From contig JBFMDU010000016.1 in NCBI GenBank assembly GCA_040753815.1, positions 64,811 through 128,810 of the forward strand: a DNA stretch of 64,000 nucleotides, given 5' to 3'. This document shows positions 26,656-35,952 of this stretch, piece by piece. This DNA comes from Chloroflexota bacterium (lineage in GTDB: Bacteria > Chloroflexota > Dehalococcoidia > GIF9 > JBFMDU01). Under the pieces are notes generated by a model. The model was not told the origin of the DNA. It was given only the letters and a program-made list of their open reading frames with translations, and did no database searches. Every line of letters starts with the position of its first letter. Within the stretch, counting starts at the first letter, position 1. The position numbers and the translations under genes were made by a program.

Positions 26656-27894
26656 TTGAACACACACGCCAGCGCACAGGCATCTCCGACGCCTGACCTC
26701 GAAGCCGCGCAGAAACGCCAACGGCTTGTCCGGGGCTTCCCTATTGTTGCCTTTTCCATCTTTGCCGCAATGCTCGGTCTTGGCGTTGTTGCGCCGATCC
26801 TGCCGTTGTATGCCAGAGACATGGGGGCTTCCGGACTGTGGATAGGGGTTATCTTCGGCGGGTATTCGGCTTCACGGGCCGCTCTTATGCCGCTCTTCGG
26901 CTGGCTGTCAGACCGCCGCGGCCGGAAGATATTCCTGAGCATCGGCCTGGTAGCGTGCGGCGTCGTTTCCTTTGGATACGTTTTCGCCACCGACCCTCTC
27001 CTTCTCACCATGGTCCGCATCCTCCACGGTGCGGCCTCAGCCCTTGTGGTGCCCATCGCCAACGCCTGGGTCGGCGAAATGTCGCCGCGCGGCGAAGAGG
27101 GTAAATGGATGGGCTACTTCAACACCGCTTTTTTTGTTGGCTTCGGCGTCGGCCCGCTTCTCGGCGGTGTTCTCGCCGATTATTTCGGCATGGATTCCGC
27201 CTTCATTGCCATGGGCATCATTACCCTGGTGGGTTTTATCGTTGTCGTATCTTTCCTACCCGAATCTTACAAAATCCAATCGAAAAGACGCGCCGGCGGA
27301 TCTTTCAAAGAGATGGGCAAAAGCGACCCGATGAAAGGCCTCTTTGCCTACCGCATGATGTTCGAGTTGTGCATGGGCGCCTTCATGGCCTTCCTCCCGA
27401 TTTTCGCCGGCGTCCAGCTTGGCATTGACCCGACCTTCATCGGCCTTCTCGTGGCCATGAACCTATTGCTCACTTCATTCCTGCAAATATACACCGGCCG
27501 GTTGGCCGACCGCTTCAACCGGAGGCTCTTACTTATCGGCGGCAGTGTTTTTAACTTCCTCATCCTGGCGCTGATTCCGACAGCCACCGGCTTCTGGTAC
27601 CTCATGGTTATCTTGCTTATACGGGTGGCCGGTGCAACCATCACCATGCCGACCCTAGCCGCGCTGACGATTGAAGAGGGGCGCAAGTTCGGCATGGGCA
27701 CGGCTACTTCCATCCTGGCTACCGCCACCAGCATCGGCATGGCTCTGGGGCCCATCTTAGGAGGCGCCGTCAACGACATGTCAAACGTGAGCATGGTCTT
27801 TATTTTCTCGGCGGTCATGGGTACTATCGGCACTGTCATTTATGCCTGGTTCAGTCGCAAACGGCAAACGCCAGTTACACAAGGAGGAAACTGA
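26656..27894 (+). CDS. MFS transporter (12-TM type)
   Basis: 412 aa and polytopic. The loop 2-3 motif GWLSDRRGRK is typical of MFS. TTG start per the ORF track. Confidence 0.85.
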   Translation: MNTHASAQASPTPDLEAAQKRQRLVRGFPIVAFSIFAAMLGLGVVAPILPLYARDMGASGLWIGVIFGGYSASRAALMPLFGWLSDRRGRKIFLSIGLVACGVVSFGYVFATDPLLLTMVRILHGAASALVVPIANAWVGEMSPRGEEGKWMGYFNTAFFVGFGVGPLLGGVLADYFGMDSAFIAMGIITLVGFIVVVSFLPESYKIQSKRRAGGSFKEMGKSDPMKGLFAYRMMFELCMGAFMAFLPIFAGVQLGIDPTFIGLLVAMNLLLTSFLQIYTGRLADRFNRRLLLIGGSVFNFLILALIPTATGFWYLMVILLIRVAGATITMPTLAALTIEEGRKFGMGTATSILATATSIGMALGPILGGAVNDMSNVSMVFIFSAVMGTIGTVIYAWFSRKRQTPVTQGGN

Positions 27895-27897
27895 AAG

Positions 27898-28680
27898 ATG
27901 ACGGCAATTAAACCAGTAATCGTTATTGCTGCCTACGGCACCGGAGACAAAGCTGCCCAGCAGAGTCTGGAGGCTATCGATACCCTGGTCTGCAACCGCT
28001 TCCCCGGTTACGAGGTATACTGGGCCTTTACCGGGCGTGTTATCCTCCAGCGCGTCCGCGCCGCCGGCCAGATGACCCTGTTCGCCCGGAAACTTCCAAT
28101 AAGGAGCCTTGAAGAACTTTATGCCCACCTTAATATGGAAGGCAAGACAAAAGCCGCCGTCCAGTGTTTGCTGGTCCACGAAGGCAGTGAGAGCGATATG
28201 GTACTTAAGACACCAGCGCCAGGGATTAGAATAGAGTACGGCACACCACTGCTCTCCGATCCGGCCAATATCGAGCCAACACTAAAGGCCATGGCAGCGC
28301 AGTTCGGCGGCCCGACTACGGCCAACATTCTCGTCGGCCACGGTAGTGATCACGAAGCACGAGCTAATGCCCCGTTTCTCAAAATGGAAGACCTGGCTAA
28401 AAAGTACTACCGCAATGTCTTCATGGGAACGATTCACGGACTGCCCGGGACCAGCTCTTTTACCGATTTTAAGAAGGCCGACTTCAAAGATGTCCTCTTC
28501 ATCCCGCTAATGATTACCACCAGCGAGCACATCCTGAATGACGTCATGGGTGAGAAGCCGGACTCGTGGAAGAACCAGCTTGGCCTGCCCGCCAGAGTTG
28601 GCGCCAGCTTTGCCGAAACCCCGGCAGTAATGGACGTCTTCCTAAAAAGCCTGGAGCGGGTGATATCAAGGTTCCAGTAA
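27898..28680 (+). CDS. CbiK-like (class II anaerobic cobalt/sirohydrochlorin chelatase family) protein
   Basis: 260 aa. VIVIAAYGTGD, YWAFTGRVI, LVGHGSDHEA and LMITTSEHILNDV are colinear with CbiK, including both conserved His positions. Confidence 0.6.
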   Translation: MTAIKPVIVIAAYGTGDKAAQQSLEAIDTLVCNRFPGYEVYWAFTGRVILQRVRAAGQMTLFARKLPIRSLEELYAHLNMEGKTKAAVQCLLVHEGSESDMVLKTPAPGIRIEYGTPLLSDPANIEPTLKAMAAQFGGPTTANILVGHGSDHEARANAPFLKMEDLAKKYYRNVFMGTIHGLPGTSSFTDFKKADFKDVLFIPLMITTSEHILNDVMGEKPDSWKNQLGLPARVGASFAETPAVMDVFLKSLERVISRFQ

Positions 28681-28698
28681 CAAAATAGGGGTGAGCCG

Positions 28699-30012
28699 AT
28701 GAAATACGACGTGATTATCGCCGGCGCCGGCATGGCCGGTCTGATTGCCGCAAGAACCGCAGCGCGGGACGGCCTGAAGACGCTGGTGCTAGAGTCAAAG
28801 AAAAACATATCCGAAATTAACCGCGCTTGCAGTGCGGTTGTCCGTATGAGCCGTGAAGGCTTCATGACCGCCAAGAAGCCTACGGACAAGACCGTCCAGC
28901 CGGTAGAGATAACACTGGAGATGGATGCCGACAAGGCCCAGTTCCACTTTTTCCAGCTCGGTTTCTCCGTGGACTACACCGGCCCTATTCGCGTCTATCA
29001 CAATAAGGTCAACCTCTCACCATCCGGCTACGAAATCTGGAACTACCCGGACAACAACCGCTTCTGGGCTTTCCAGCTCGACAAGGAAATATTCACGGCC
29101 GACCTATTTAAAGCCGCAACCGAGGCAGGAGCCGAAATCCGGACGGAGACATCTGTCCTTACCGCCGAGAATGTTCCCGGCGGCGTCATGGTACCGGTGC
29201 AGACCAGGACCGGACAGGAAACGCTCGAGGCCAGGGCACTGGTCGCCGCCGATGGCGTCATGTCCCGCATCGTTGATACCATGGGGCTGAACGCCAAGCG
29301 ACGTCCCCTTGGCGAAAGCCGCGTCCTGATGTACATCCTCGAAGGCGTTGAAACCGGCTACCCGGAATCGACCTTTGTCACCATCGCCATTCCCAGCCTT
29401 AACAGTTACATGCTTTTCGCCCTCGGTCTGTGGCCTGGTGATACTTTCCAGCTTCATACCAGCACCACACCGGGGATCAACCTGCCAGCGGCGCTCGATG
29501 GCTTTATGAAACATCCACGCTATGCCGGCTGGTTCAAAAAAGCCAGAGTAGTCAAACGGCTCGGATGTGCCCGCATGCTGAGAATGTCGCTAGCCGAGCC
29601 GGTGGCGGGTAACATCTTTTTCGCCGGCGATGCGGTGTCTTTCGTGGAATGCTCCATCAAGGGAGCGCTGGCTGCCGGCTTCAAAGCGGCCAGGTGTGCC
29701 GCCAAACAGATGGAAGGTAAAGATGGACGGGCCGAGTTCACCGACTGGTGGCAGCACTCGTTCAACTTCAACAGCCCGCAGTACATCGCTGCCGGCCGCT
29801 CCGTTCCACGGCCAACTCAAGTACTGACTGATGAAGAGGTTAACGACCTTTACCGGATATGTAAAGGCAAGTGGGGCGTCCTCAACGACGTCATTGGTGA
29901 TAATTTGGAACTGGTCAAGAAAGAGAAACCAGCAATCTACGAGAAACTGACGGCGCCGCCAGACACAGGCGGACGGCCGGACGGGGCCGGGTTCCGCCCG
30001 ACGACACAATAG
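28699..30012 (+). CDS. FAD-dependent oxidoreductase (geranylgeranyl-reductase-like family), paralogue 2
   Basis: 437 aa. MKYDVIIAGAGMAGLIAARTAARDGLKTLVLESKK. Shares FM(R/K).PRYA, GDA and KK(D/E)(R/K)P.(L/I)YEKL blocks with the 20403-21722 gene. Confidence 0.8.
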   Translation: MKYDVIIAGAGMAGLIAARTAARDGLKTLVLESKKNISEINRACSAVVRMSREGFMTAKKPTDKTVQPVEITLEMDADKAQFHFFQLGFSVDYTGPIRVYHNKVNLSPSGYEIWNYPDNNRFWAFQLDKEIFTADLFKAATEAGAEIRTETSVLTAENVPGGVMVPVQTRTGQETLEARALVAADGVMSRIVDTMGLNAKRRPLGESRVLMYILEGVETGYPESTFVTIAIPSLNSYMLFALGLWPGDTFQLHTSTTPGINLPAALDGFMKHPRYAGWFKKARVVKRLGCARMLRMSLAEPVAGNIFFAGDAVSFVECSIKGALAAGFKAARCAAKQMEGKDGRAEFTDWWQHSFNFNSPQYIAAGRSVPRPTQVLTDEEVNDLYRICKGKWGVLNDVIGDNLELVKKEKPAIYEKLTAPPDTGGRPDGAGFRPTTQ

Positions 30013-30018
30013 TGAGGT

Positions 30019-30053
30019 GTCATCTCGAACGCAGTGAGCGCTCTGACGGGGCG
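30019..30053. repeat. REP-like element (half unit)
   Basis: GTCATCTCGAACGCAGTGAGCGCTCTGACGGGGCG matches the left-arm variant at 12982. Confidence 0.6.
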
Positions 30054-30103
30054 ACGGCAGACAGGAATCTCACCCGGCACAGTCTCTGACCTGCAGGCAG
30101 ACA

Positions 30104-30598
30104 CTACTGGTCGCTATCCGGCAAATGAGGGTTCACGGGGGAAAGCCCTAACTCCTGCAACGCTACCTTCCTCAACTCCCCGAGGTCTGCCCTCAGTCTC
30201 TGAATCTGGCCGTTATCCAACTGCGACATTATCCGTTTGATTGACTCTCGCTGTCTGGAGTCTCTCAGAGCACGCTCTCCAGCTCTGGTCAGCACCACCT
30301 TTATCTGCCCCCGGCGCCTTCTATCTTCGATACGTTTCACCAGCCCCTGCTGTTCCATGCGTATCAACAGATTGGAAACGGTCGTGGTCTCGCGAAACAG
30401 TGCTCTGGCAATATTAGCCGGCGTGGCCCTTTCGCCATAGGCATTTACCATGTATAAGGCCGCCGACTGCATAACTGTCAGCCCGTATTGGCTTAACTCC
30501 CGGTCCCTGATTTTACCAATTAGATGGCTAATGTTCCGTATCAGAGTCCAGAGATAGAAATATTCAATGTTCTTGTTACCAGACATTCGTGTTACCAC
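30104..30598 (-). CDS. MarR family transcriptional regulator
   Basis: 164 aa. PANIARALFRETTTVSNLLIRMEQQGLVKRIEDRRRRGQIKVVLTRAG winged helix. Paralogous to the 22026-22514 gene. Confidence 0.85.
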   Translation of the reverse strand: MVTRMSGNKNIEYFYLWTLIRNISHLIGKIRDRELSQYGLTVMQSAALYMVNAYGERATPANIARALFRETTTVSNLLIRMEQQGLVKRIEDRRRRGQIKVVLTRAGERALRDSRQRESIKRIMSQLDNGQIQRLRADLGELRKVALQELGLSPVNPHLPDSDQ

Positions 30599-30745
30599 CT
30601 AACGTTCTTAATGAGACTTCAAGCCTTACAAACTTACATATACCCGACGATTGGAAGCAATTATGGCAATAAGCGCCAACGATGTAAACATTTAATTGCG
30701 GTTACCTCTTGACAAAACCACCGGCATACTGCTATCCTTAAATAT

Positions 30746-30761
30746 ACGGAGTATACTCCGT
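30746..30761. promoter_or_regulatory. Perfect 16-bp palindrome (candidate MarR operator)
   Basis: ACGGAGTATACTCCGT is self-complementary. The half-site GTATACTCC is repeated again at 30762-30770. It lies in the AT-rich divergent region between marR (-) and the lipoprotein/TAXI-TRAP genes (+). Confidence 0.45.
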
Positions 30762-30859
30762 GTATACTCCATTATATCAGAGATGGCAAGACTTCGATAC
30801 CCACTTCCGGCACCTTATCTTAATAGCCGCTAGAATGTTATTATTTTAAGGAGGTTGAT

Positions 30860-31348
30860 GTGGTTAAAACAATTGGGATGTCCTGTCTCATCGTCATGAG
30901 CCTCATCGTTCTAATGCTGGCCGCCGGCTGTCCCGCCCCCGCGACAACGCCAGCAGCTAAGACTCCATCATCACCGGTAACCACTCCGCCTGCGACACCG
31001 CCAGCAGTCAAAACCCCACCAACGACCACCCCACCGGCTACTTCACCAGGCGCCCTAACCCTTGACTTCGTTTCCGCCACCGAGACCACCCCGCAGGGCG
31101 GCCCGATGAAGGTCACGGTCAAGACCGCGCCCGGCGCGAAGTGCGTTCTAACCTTTATCAACCCGGATACTGGCACTCGGAGCGCGCACCCCGCAGACAA
31201 AGAACGAATCGCCGATAGCAGCGGTCTGGCTACCTGGGAATGGGAGATAAGTAAACGGACCCACGAAGGCCAGGCTACAATCGAGGTCGTGGCCACGCTG
31301 GGAGACAAGAGTATCACCAAAACGCGGCCGTGCACGGTTAAAAACTAA
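30860..31348 (+). CDS. Small lipoprotein with Pro/Thr-rich linker, unknown function
   Basis: 162 aa. Signal peptide with lipobox LAAGC, a PATTPAAKTPSSPVTTPPATPP linker, and a ~90-aa beta-rich domain. AAGGAGG RBS before the GTG. Confidence 0.6.
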   Translation: MVKTIGMSCLIVMSLIVLMLAAGCPAPATTPAAKTPSSPVTTPPATPPAVKTPPTTTPPATSPGALTLDFVSATETTPQGGPMKVTVKTAPGAKCVLTFINPDTGTRSAHPADKERIADSSGLATWEWEISKRTHEGQATIEVVATLGDKSITKTRPCTVKN

Positions 31349-31403
31349 TACGTAGTTTATACGGCAACCATGAACAGACATGATTATGGGAGGATAAGGT
31401 AGA

Positions 31404-32693
31404 ATGAAACTAACTAATTTAAAGCTAGCTTCATGGTTCCTGATTTTCTCACTCCTTTGTACGGCTTTCTTATCGGGATGCGCACCCACCAAAGGCTCTG
31501 ATTGGAGCACCGCTGGCACAACAGGGAATGACGCCGCCGGGCCCGACCCGAACTGGAAATGGCCTGATAAGATACCCGTCGTTGCGGCGGGCACGGCAGG
31601 AGTAACCGCGCTCGTTGCCTGGTGTTCCATGCTTGAAAAAGACAGCGGCATGGCCATTATGGTGGTACCTGAGGGCAATGCCAACAAAAGGTTCTACGTC
31701 GTCAAAGACGGCGATATGTTCATCCACGAGGCCGGAAAGTCCGGTGTAAGAAACCATGCCGAAGCCATAGGAGAGGCCGCCGAGCGACAGGGCGGCGGTT
31801 TTCAGGCCAAGATTGTTTGGGTTGCCGGTAATTCCCACTCGGCGGTATTTGTCCGCGGCGACTCCAATATTAACTCTCTGTACGATATCAAACCCGGTAT
31901 CCGATGGTCGGTCTGGTCAACCGAGCCGAGCATTGTCAAGGTCCCAAAGGCGATACTCGATTGGGTGAAGATGCCTCATGACCAGGTCAAGTGGGTTATT
32001 TCAGGTTCCACTGAAGGCGCTGTCAGAGCCGTGTCTGAAGGCCGCGCCGACATCATGTGGTTTTTCCCGACATCGGAGTACATCTACGAGGCGGCGGCGG
32101 CGCCATTCGGCATCAAGTTTATCGACCTGAATTCAAAAGCTGACCCTGAGGGAGCCGCCAGGTTCCGGCTCTCTGACCCGATGTACACTTTCGGTATAAT
32201 GGGCGAGACGGTAGTCCCTGAGGCCCGCGGTCACTGGGGCACCGTCGGAGAGAAATACTACATTACCCGTGAGCAGACCGACCCCAATCTCGTCTATAAC
32301 GTCGCTAAATGGCTCGACAATAGTTATGACAAATTCAAGGACCGTCATCGTGGCCTGACCGATATGACCCGTCAAGTGCTCATGCAGGGGTTAGAAACAA
32401 CCTACGTCCCGGCCCATACCGGGCTTATCTGGTACCTGAAAGAAATAGGCCTCTGGAATGCCGACCTCGAGCGGCGCCAGAAACAGAACATCAAGATACT
32501 GCAGGTCTATATCGACGCATATGCCGAGGCCATCGCCCTCGCGGACAAAAAGGGAATTGAAGTAGTTCCAAACAACAAAGCATGGATCGAACTCTGGGAA
32601 AACTATAAAAAGGAAAAGAACCTGCCGCCAATTGCCATGCACCAAAGTCTCAAAGTCGATGCACCCTGGGTTGCTGAACTCGGATTGAAATAG
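31404..32693 (+). CDS. TAXI-family TRAP transporter solute receptor (lipoprotein)
   Basis: 429 aa. Signal peptide plus lipobox FLSGC, then WKWPDKIPVVAAGTAG and the C-terminal AHTGLIWYLKEIGLW block shared with the paralogues. Directly upstream of the fused TRAP permease. Confidence 0.75.
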   Translation: MKLTNLKLASWFLIFSLLCTAFLSGCAPTKGSDWSTAGTTGNDAAGPDPNWKWPDKIPVVAAGTAGVTALVAWCSMLEKDSGMAIMVVPEGNANKRFYVVKDGDMFIHEAGKSGVRNHAEAIGEAAERQGGGFQAKIVWVAGNSHSAVFVRGDSNINSLYDIKPGIRWSVWSTEPSIVKVPKAILDWVKMPHDQVKWVISGSTEGAVRAVSEGRADIMWFFPTSEYIYEAAAAPFGIKFIDLNSKADPEGAARFRLSDPMYTFGIMGETVVPEARGHWGTVGEKYYITREQTDPNLVYNVAKWLDNSYDKFKDRHRGLTDMTRQVLMQGLETTYVPAHTGLIWYLKEIGLWNADLERRQKQNIKILQVYIDAYAEAIALADKKGIEVVPNNKAWIELWENYKKEKNLPPIAMHQSLKVDAPWVAELGLK

Positions 32694-32742
32694 TTTTAAG
32701 ATAGTATAGAGAACCCATTCCATCCGCTCAGAAGCCGGACGG

Positions 32743-34734
32743 ATGGGTAGCAACACGATGAATCCATTACCCAAAAACGTCCGGCCTCAAAGCGACGCCG
32801 CTGGCGAGGAACAACGCAAGGGTGGCTTAAGCCGCTACTGGCTTATGCCCCTTCCGTTCAAGATTATCTTCATAACTTCCTCTCTCGCCGCACTGGTCAT
32901 TTTCATTCTTTTTTGGTTTTCCATCCCCGTTTTCGGTAACGTCCTGACCGGTGTCTGGTATTACTACATCCTGTATGCCACCCTCGGCTTTAACATCTTC
33001 CTGGGGGTCGGCGCTACGAAGGCACAGAAACGCGTGGCGCCGCGATGGTATGACTACCTGCTCGGGGCCATTCTCTGGGGAATTATCATCTACTGTCTTA
33101 TCAATCATGAAGCTATTGGCAATAATGTTTGGATCAATAACCCGACCCCACTGCAGTTTACCCTGGGGTGTATTCTCGCGTTACTGGCGCTGGAATGCGG
33201 GCGACGGGTGGGCGGCTGGGGTTTTGTTGGCATGCTGGCTTTCGCTATCATCTATCCGCTGGTTTGCGGTTATATCCCAACACAGTGGCCGATTTCTGGA
33301 TTTCCGTTGAGCTTTCAGGGCCTAATCACCGACTATGCCTTTGGCGATAACGGGATGCTGGGACTGCCCGCCCGGATTCTCGGGCACCTTGTCATTGGCT
33401 TCTATTTCTTTGCCGGCATGATGATGGGTATGGGCGGCGGAGAGTTCTTTCTTAAGTTAGCGGTGGCGCTAGCTGGCAAATACCGGGGCGGCCCCGCTAA
33501 GGTAGCTGTTATCTCCAGTGCCTTCTTCGGCAGTCTCTCCGGCAGCGTGATTGCCAATATCGCCGGCACCGGAGGCTTTACCATCCCGGCGATGAAGCGC
33601 ATGGGCTATGAACCTGAATACGCCGCTGCCGTCGAAGCATGCGCTTCTACCGGCGGCGACACTATGCCCCCCATCATGGGAGGCATATTCATCATGATCA
33701 TTATCGCCCAGGTAGAGTACGCCGATGTCCTGGTTGCCGCCATAATACCGTCGCTTCTGTATTTCTACGGCCTTCTTGTCCAGGTGGATGGTTATGCGGC
33801 GACCCACGGCCTTCGAGGCCTACCTAAGAACGAAATACCTCCTATAGGTAAAACCTTAAAGGACGGGTGGCTCTATCTGCTCATCATCGCTTTTCTTGTA
33901 TTCGGGCTGGTCTATATGCGCTGGGGTGTTATCGTCCCGGTCTATGCGGTGTTCCTGGTACTTATCCTTTCCTTCTTCACAAAAAGGACCCGATTGACAT
34001 GGCGGACCGTGGAAGGAGGCCTTGCCCAGTATGCCGGCCTACTCAATTTCGGTACCGCTATCTTCCTTCCAATGGGATTCTTCATGGTCGGCCTGCTCAA
34101 GACTGGCATGGCTGGGCGTCTTACCGCTTGGATTGTTGGCTTTGGCGGCGAGAATGTTTATCTGATACTGCTAATCGGTGTCCTCTTCAGCTTAGCTATG
34201 GGCACAGTCGGCCTTGACCGTACATCCTATCTCTTCCTGGCGGTCACCATGGCCCCGGCGGTTATCAAGATGACCGGTCTGCCGACGATCGCCGTACACC
34301 TGTTCCTCATCATGTATGGAGGAATGGGCGGGCTGACCCCACCGGTGGCCATCCATGCCTATATTGCCGCGGGAATTGCCGGCGCTGACCCAGTCAAAAC
34401 GTCCTACCGTACCGTCCGCCTTGGGATTATTCTAGCTATTTTCCCATTCTTCTTTCTTTTACAACCAGCACTAATCATCTTAAATAGCTCTCCCCTGGAT
34501 ATACTGAAGTATCTCTCGATTGCTATGGTGGGACTGGGGTTACTTGCGTCGGGACTCGAAGGTCATCTATTCAAAGTTGGCCGGCTAAGTTTGTGGCAGC
34601 GGTGTCTCCTCATCCCGGGAGGATTCTTGTTTGCCTTCCCCGATTGGTCATCAACGATAGTAGGTGTAGTTATGTGCGCGGCCGCGATTACACCTGCACT
34701 GGTGCGTAAAAGATTAACCGTTAAAACGGGATAA
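32743..34734 (+). CDS. TRAP transporter fused 4TM/12TM permease (TAXI-associated type)
   Basis: 663-aa polytopic protein. GGPAKVAVISSAFFGSLSGSVIANIAGTGGFTIPAMKRMGY and ASTGGDTMPPIMG are hallmark DctM-like motifs. Confidence 0.9.
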   Translation: MGSNTMNPLPKNVRPQSDAAGEEQRKGGLSRYWLMPLPFKIIFITSSLAALVIFILFWFSIPVFGNVLTGVWYYYILYATLGFNIFLGVGATKAQKRVAPRWYDYLLGAILWGIIIYCLINHEAIGNNVWINNPTPLQFTLGCILALLALECGRRVGGWGFVGMLAFAIIYPLVCGYIPTQWPISGFPLSFQGLITDYAFGDNGMLGLPARILGHLVIGFYFFAGMMMGMGGGEFFLKLAVALAGKYRGGPAKVAVISSAFFGSLSGSVIANIAGTGGFTIPAMKRMGYEPEYAAAVEACASTGGDTMPPIMGGIFIMIIIAQVEYADVLVAAIIPSLLYFYGLLVQVDGYAATHGLRGLPKNEIPPIGKTLKDGWLYLLIIAFLVFGLVYMRWGVIVPVYAVFLVLILSFFTKRTRLTWRTVEGGLAQYAGLLNFGTAIFLPMGFFMVGLLKTGMAGRLTAWIVGFGGENVYLILLIGVLFSLAMGTVGLDRTSYLFLAVTMAPAVIKMTGLPTIAVHLFLIMYGGMGGLTPPVAIHAYIAAGIAGADPVKTSYRTVRLGIILAIFPFFFLLQPALIILNSSPLDILKYLSIAMVGLGLLASGLEGHLFKVGRLSLWQRCLLIPGGFLFAFPDWSSTIVGVVMCAAAITPALVRKRLTVKTG

Positions 34735-34800
34735 GCTTTCCCAGCGAATTAGTTGCCTATTATCAAACTACAATTTTTTCTAGAGGGGGTAAATCAATAA

Positions 34801-35949
34801 ATGGCTAAAAAAAACTTCCGCTGGCCCGACAGTATCCGGGTCATCGGCTGGACGGGACTCGGAGTCAACATCTACAACGCCTGGGTGCCGAAGATATGCA
34901 AAGACACCGGCATGAGACAGCGCATCGCCAACACCAAGGACAGCCTGGAGCGATTCAAGTACACCAAGCTGGGGCTGTTCGATATGACCGCCGGCGGCAC
35001 CACCGAAACCAGCCTGATGATGGAGGGCGATCGCCGCTTCGCCGACCGCGACACCGGGCCTTACCAGATAAGAGTGGTCTGGGTGCAATCTCGCGGCAAC
35101 TCCGGAATCGTGGTCAGGGGCGATTCCCACATCAAGAACATTTACGACATCAAACCCGGGGTACGCGTGGTGGACATGCGTCACTATGTCGCCAGTCAGC
35201 GTATCCAGGAAGCCTGCCTTGCCTGGGCAGGTCTCAAGGACATCGAAAAAGAAGTCCAGTGGGTGCCGGCATACAGTTCCGAGGAGAAAGTGAAACTGAT
35301 TGTTGACGGCAAAGCCGATATGACCCACATCGTCTCATCAACTGTCGCCGTGGTGGAAGCCGAAAAGAACCCGCACGGCCTGCGCTGGATAGACCTGAAC
35401 GAAGAGAAGGACCCGGTGGGCGCCGCATGGTTCCGCGCCCATGACCCGCTGGTCGCCTTCGGCCCAATGTTCAACGGACCGCCATCTTGCATCGGCGTCT
35501 GGGGCACCATCGGCACCAGCCTCTACATCACCAACGAAAAAAGCGACGCTGAATACGTATACCACCTGGCGAAGTGGATGGATGAGAACTGGTCCCGCTA
35601 CAAAGACGGGCATCCCTGGTGCAAATACATGACCCGTGATAACTTGATGGACGAGCTTAATCATACTTTCTACCCCTGCCACGAGGGCCTGATTGCCTAT
35701 TTGAAAGAGCTCGGCCTGTGGACGGCTGACCACGACCGGCGTCAGAAATTCAACGTTGGCATGGTCACCCGCTACTGTGAGGCTAACACCGCCGCCATCG
35801 CCAAAGCCGACGAGATGAACCTGTGGGTAAACCACCAGAACCCGAAGTGGATTGAGTTCTGGGAGAACTACAAGAAGGAAATAAACCTGCCCAAGTTCCG
35901 CATGTTCCGCAACATTAAGACCGATGAATTCGCCGCTGGAAGGAGATAA
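34801..35949 (+). CDS. Leaderless TAXI-type protein, paralogue 4
   Basis: 382 aa. Starts MAKKNFRWPDSIRVIGWTGLG with no signal peptide. Contains GGTTETSLMMEGDRRFADRDTGP, YDIKPG, EAEKNPHG and CHEGLIAYLKELGLW. Confidence 0.7.
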   Translation: MAKKNFRWPDSIRVIGWTGLGVNIYNAWVPKICKDTGMRQRIANTKDSLERFKYTKLGLFDMTAGGTTETSLMMEGDRRFADRDTGPYQIRVVWVQSRGNSGIVVRGDSHIKNIYDIKPGVRVVDMRHYVASQRIQEACLAWAGLKDIEKEVQWVPAYSSEEKVKLIVDGKADMTHIVSSTVAVVEAEKNPHGLRWIDLNEEKDPVGAAWFRAHDPLVAFGPMFNGPPSCIGVWGTIGTSLYITNEKSDAEYVYHLAKWMDENWSRYKDGHPWCKYMTRDNLMDELNHTFYPCHEGLIAYLKELGLWTADHDRRQKFNVGMVTRYCEANTAAIAKADEMNLWVNHQNPKWIEFWENYKKEINLPKFRMFRNIKTDEFAAGRR

Positions 35950-35952
35950 CCC

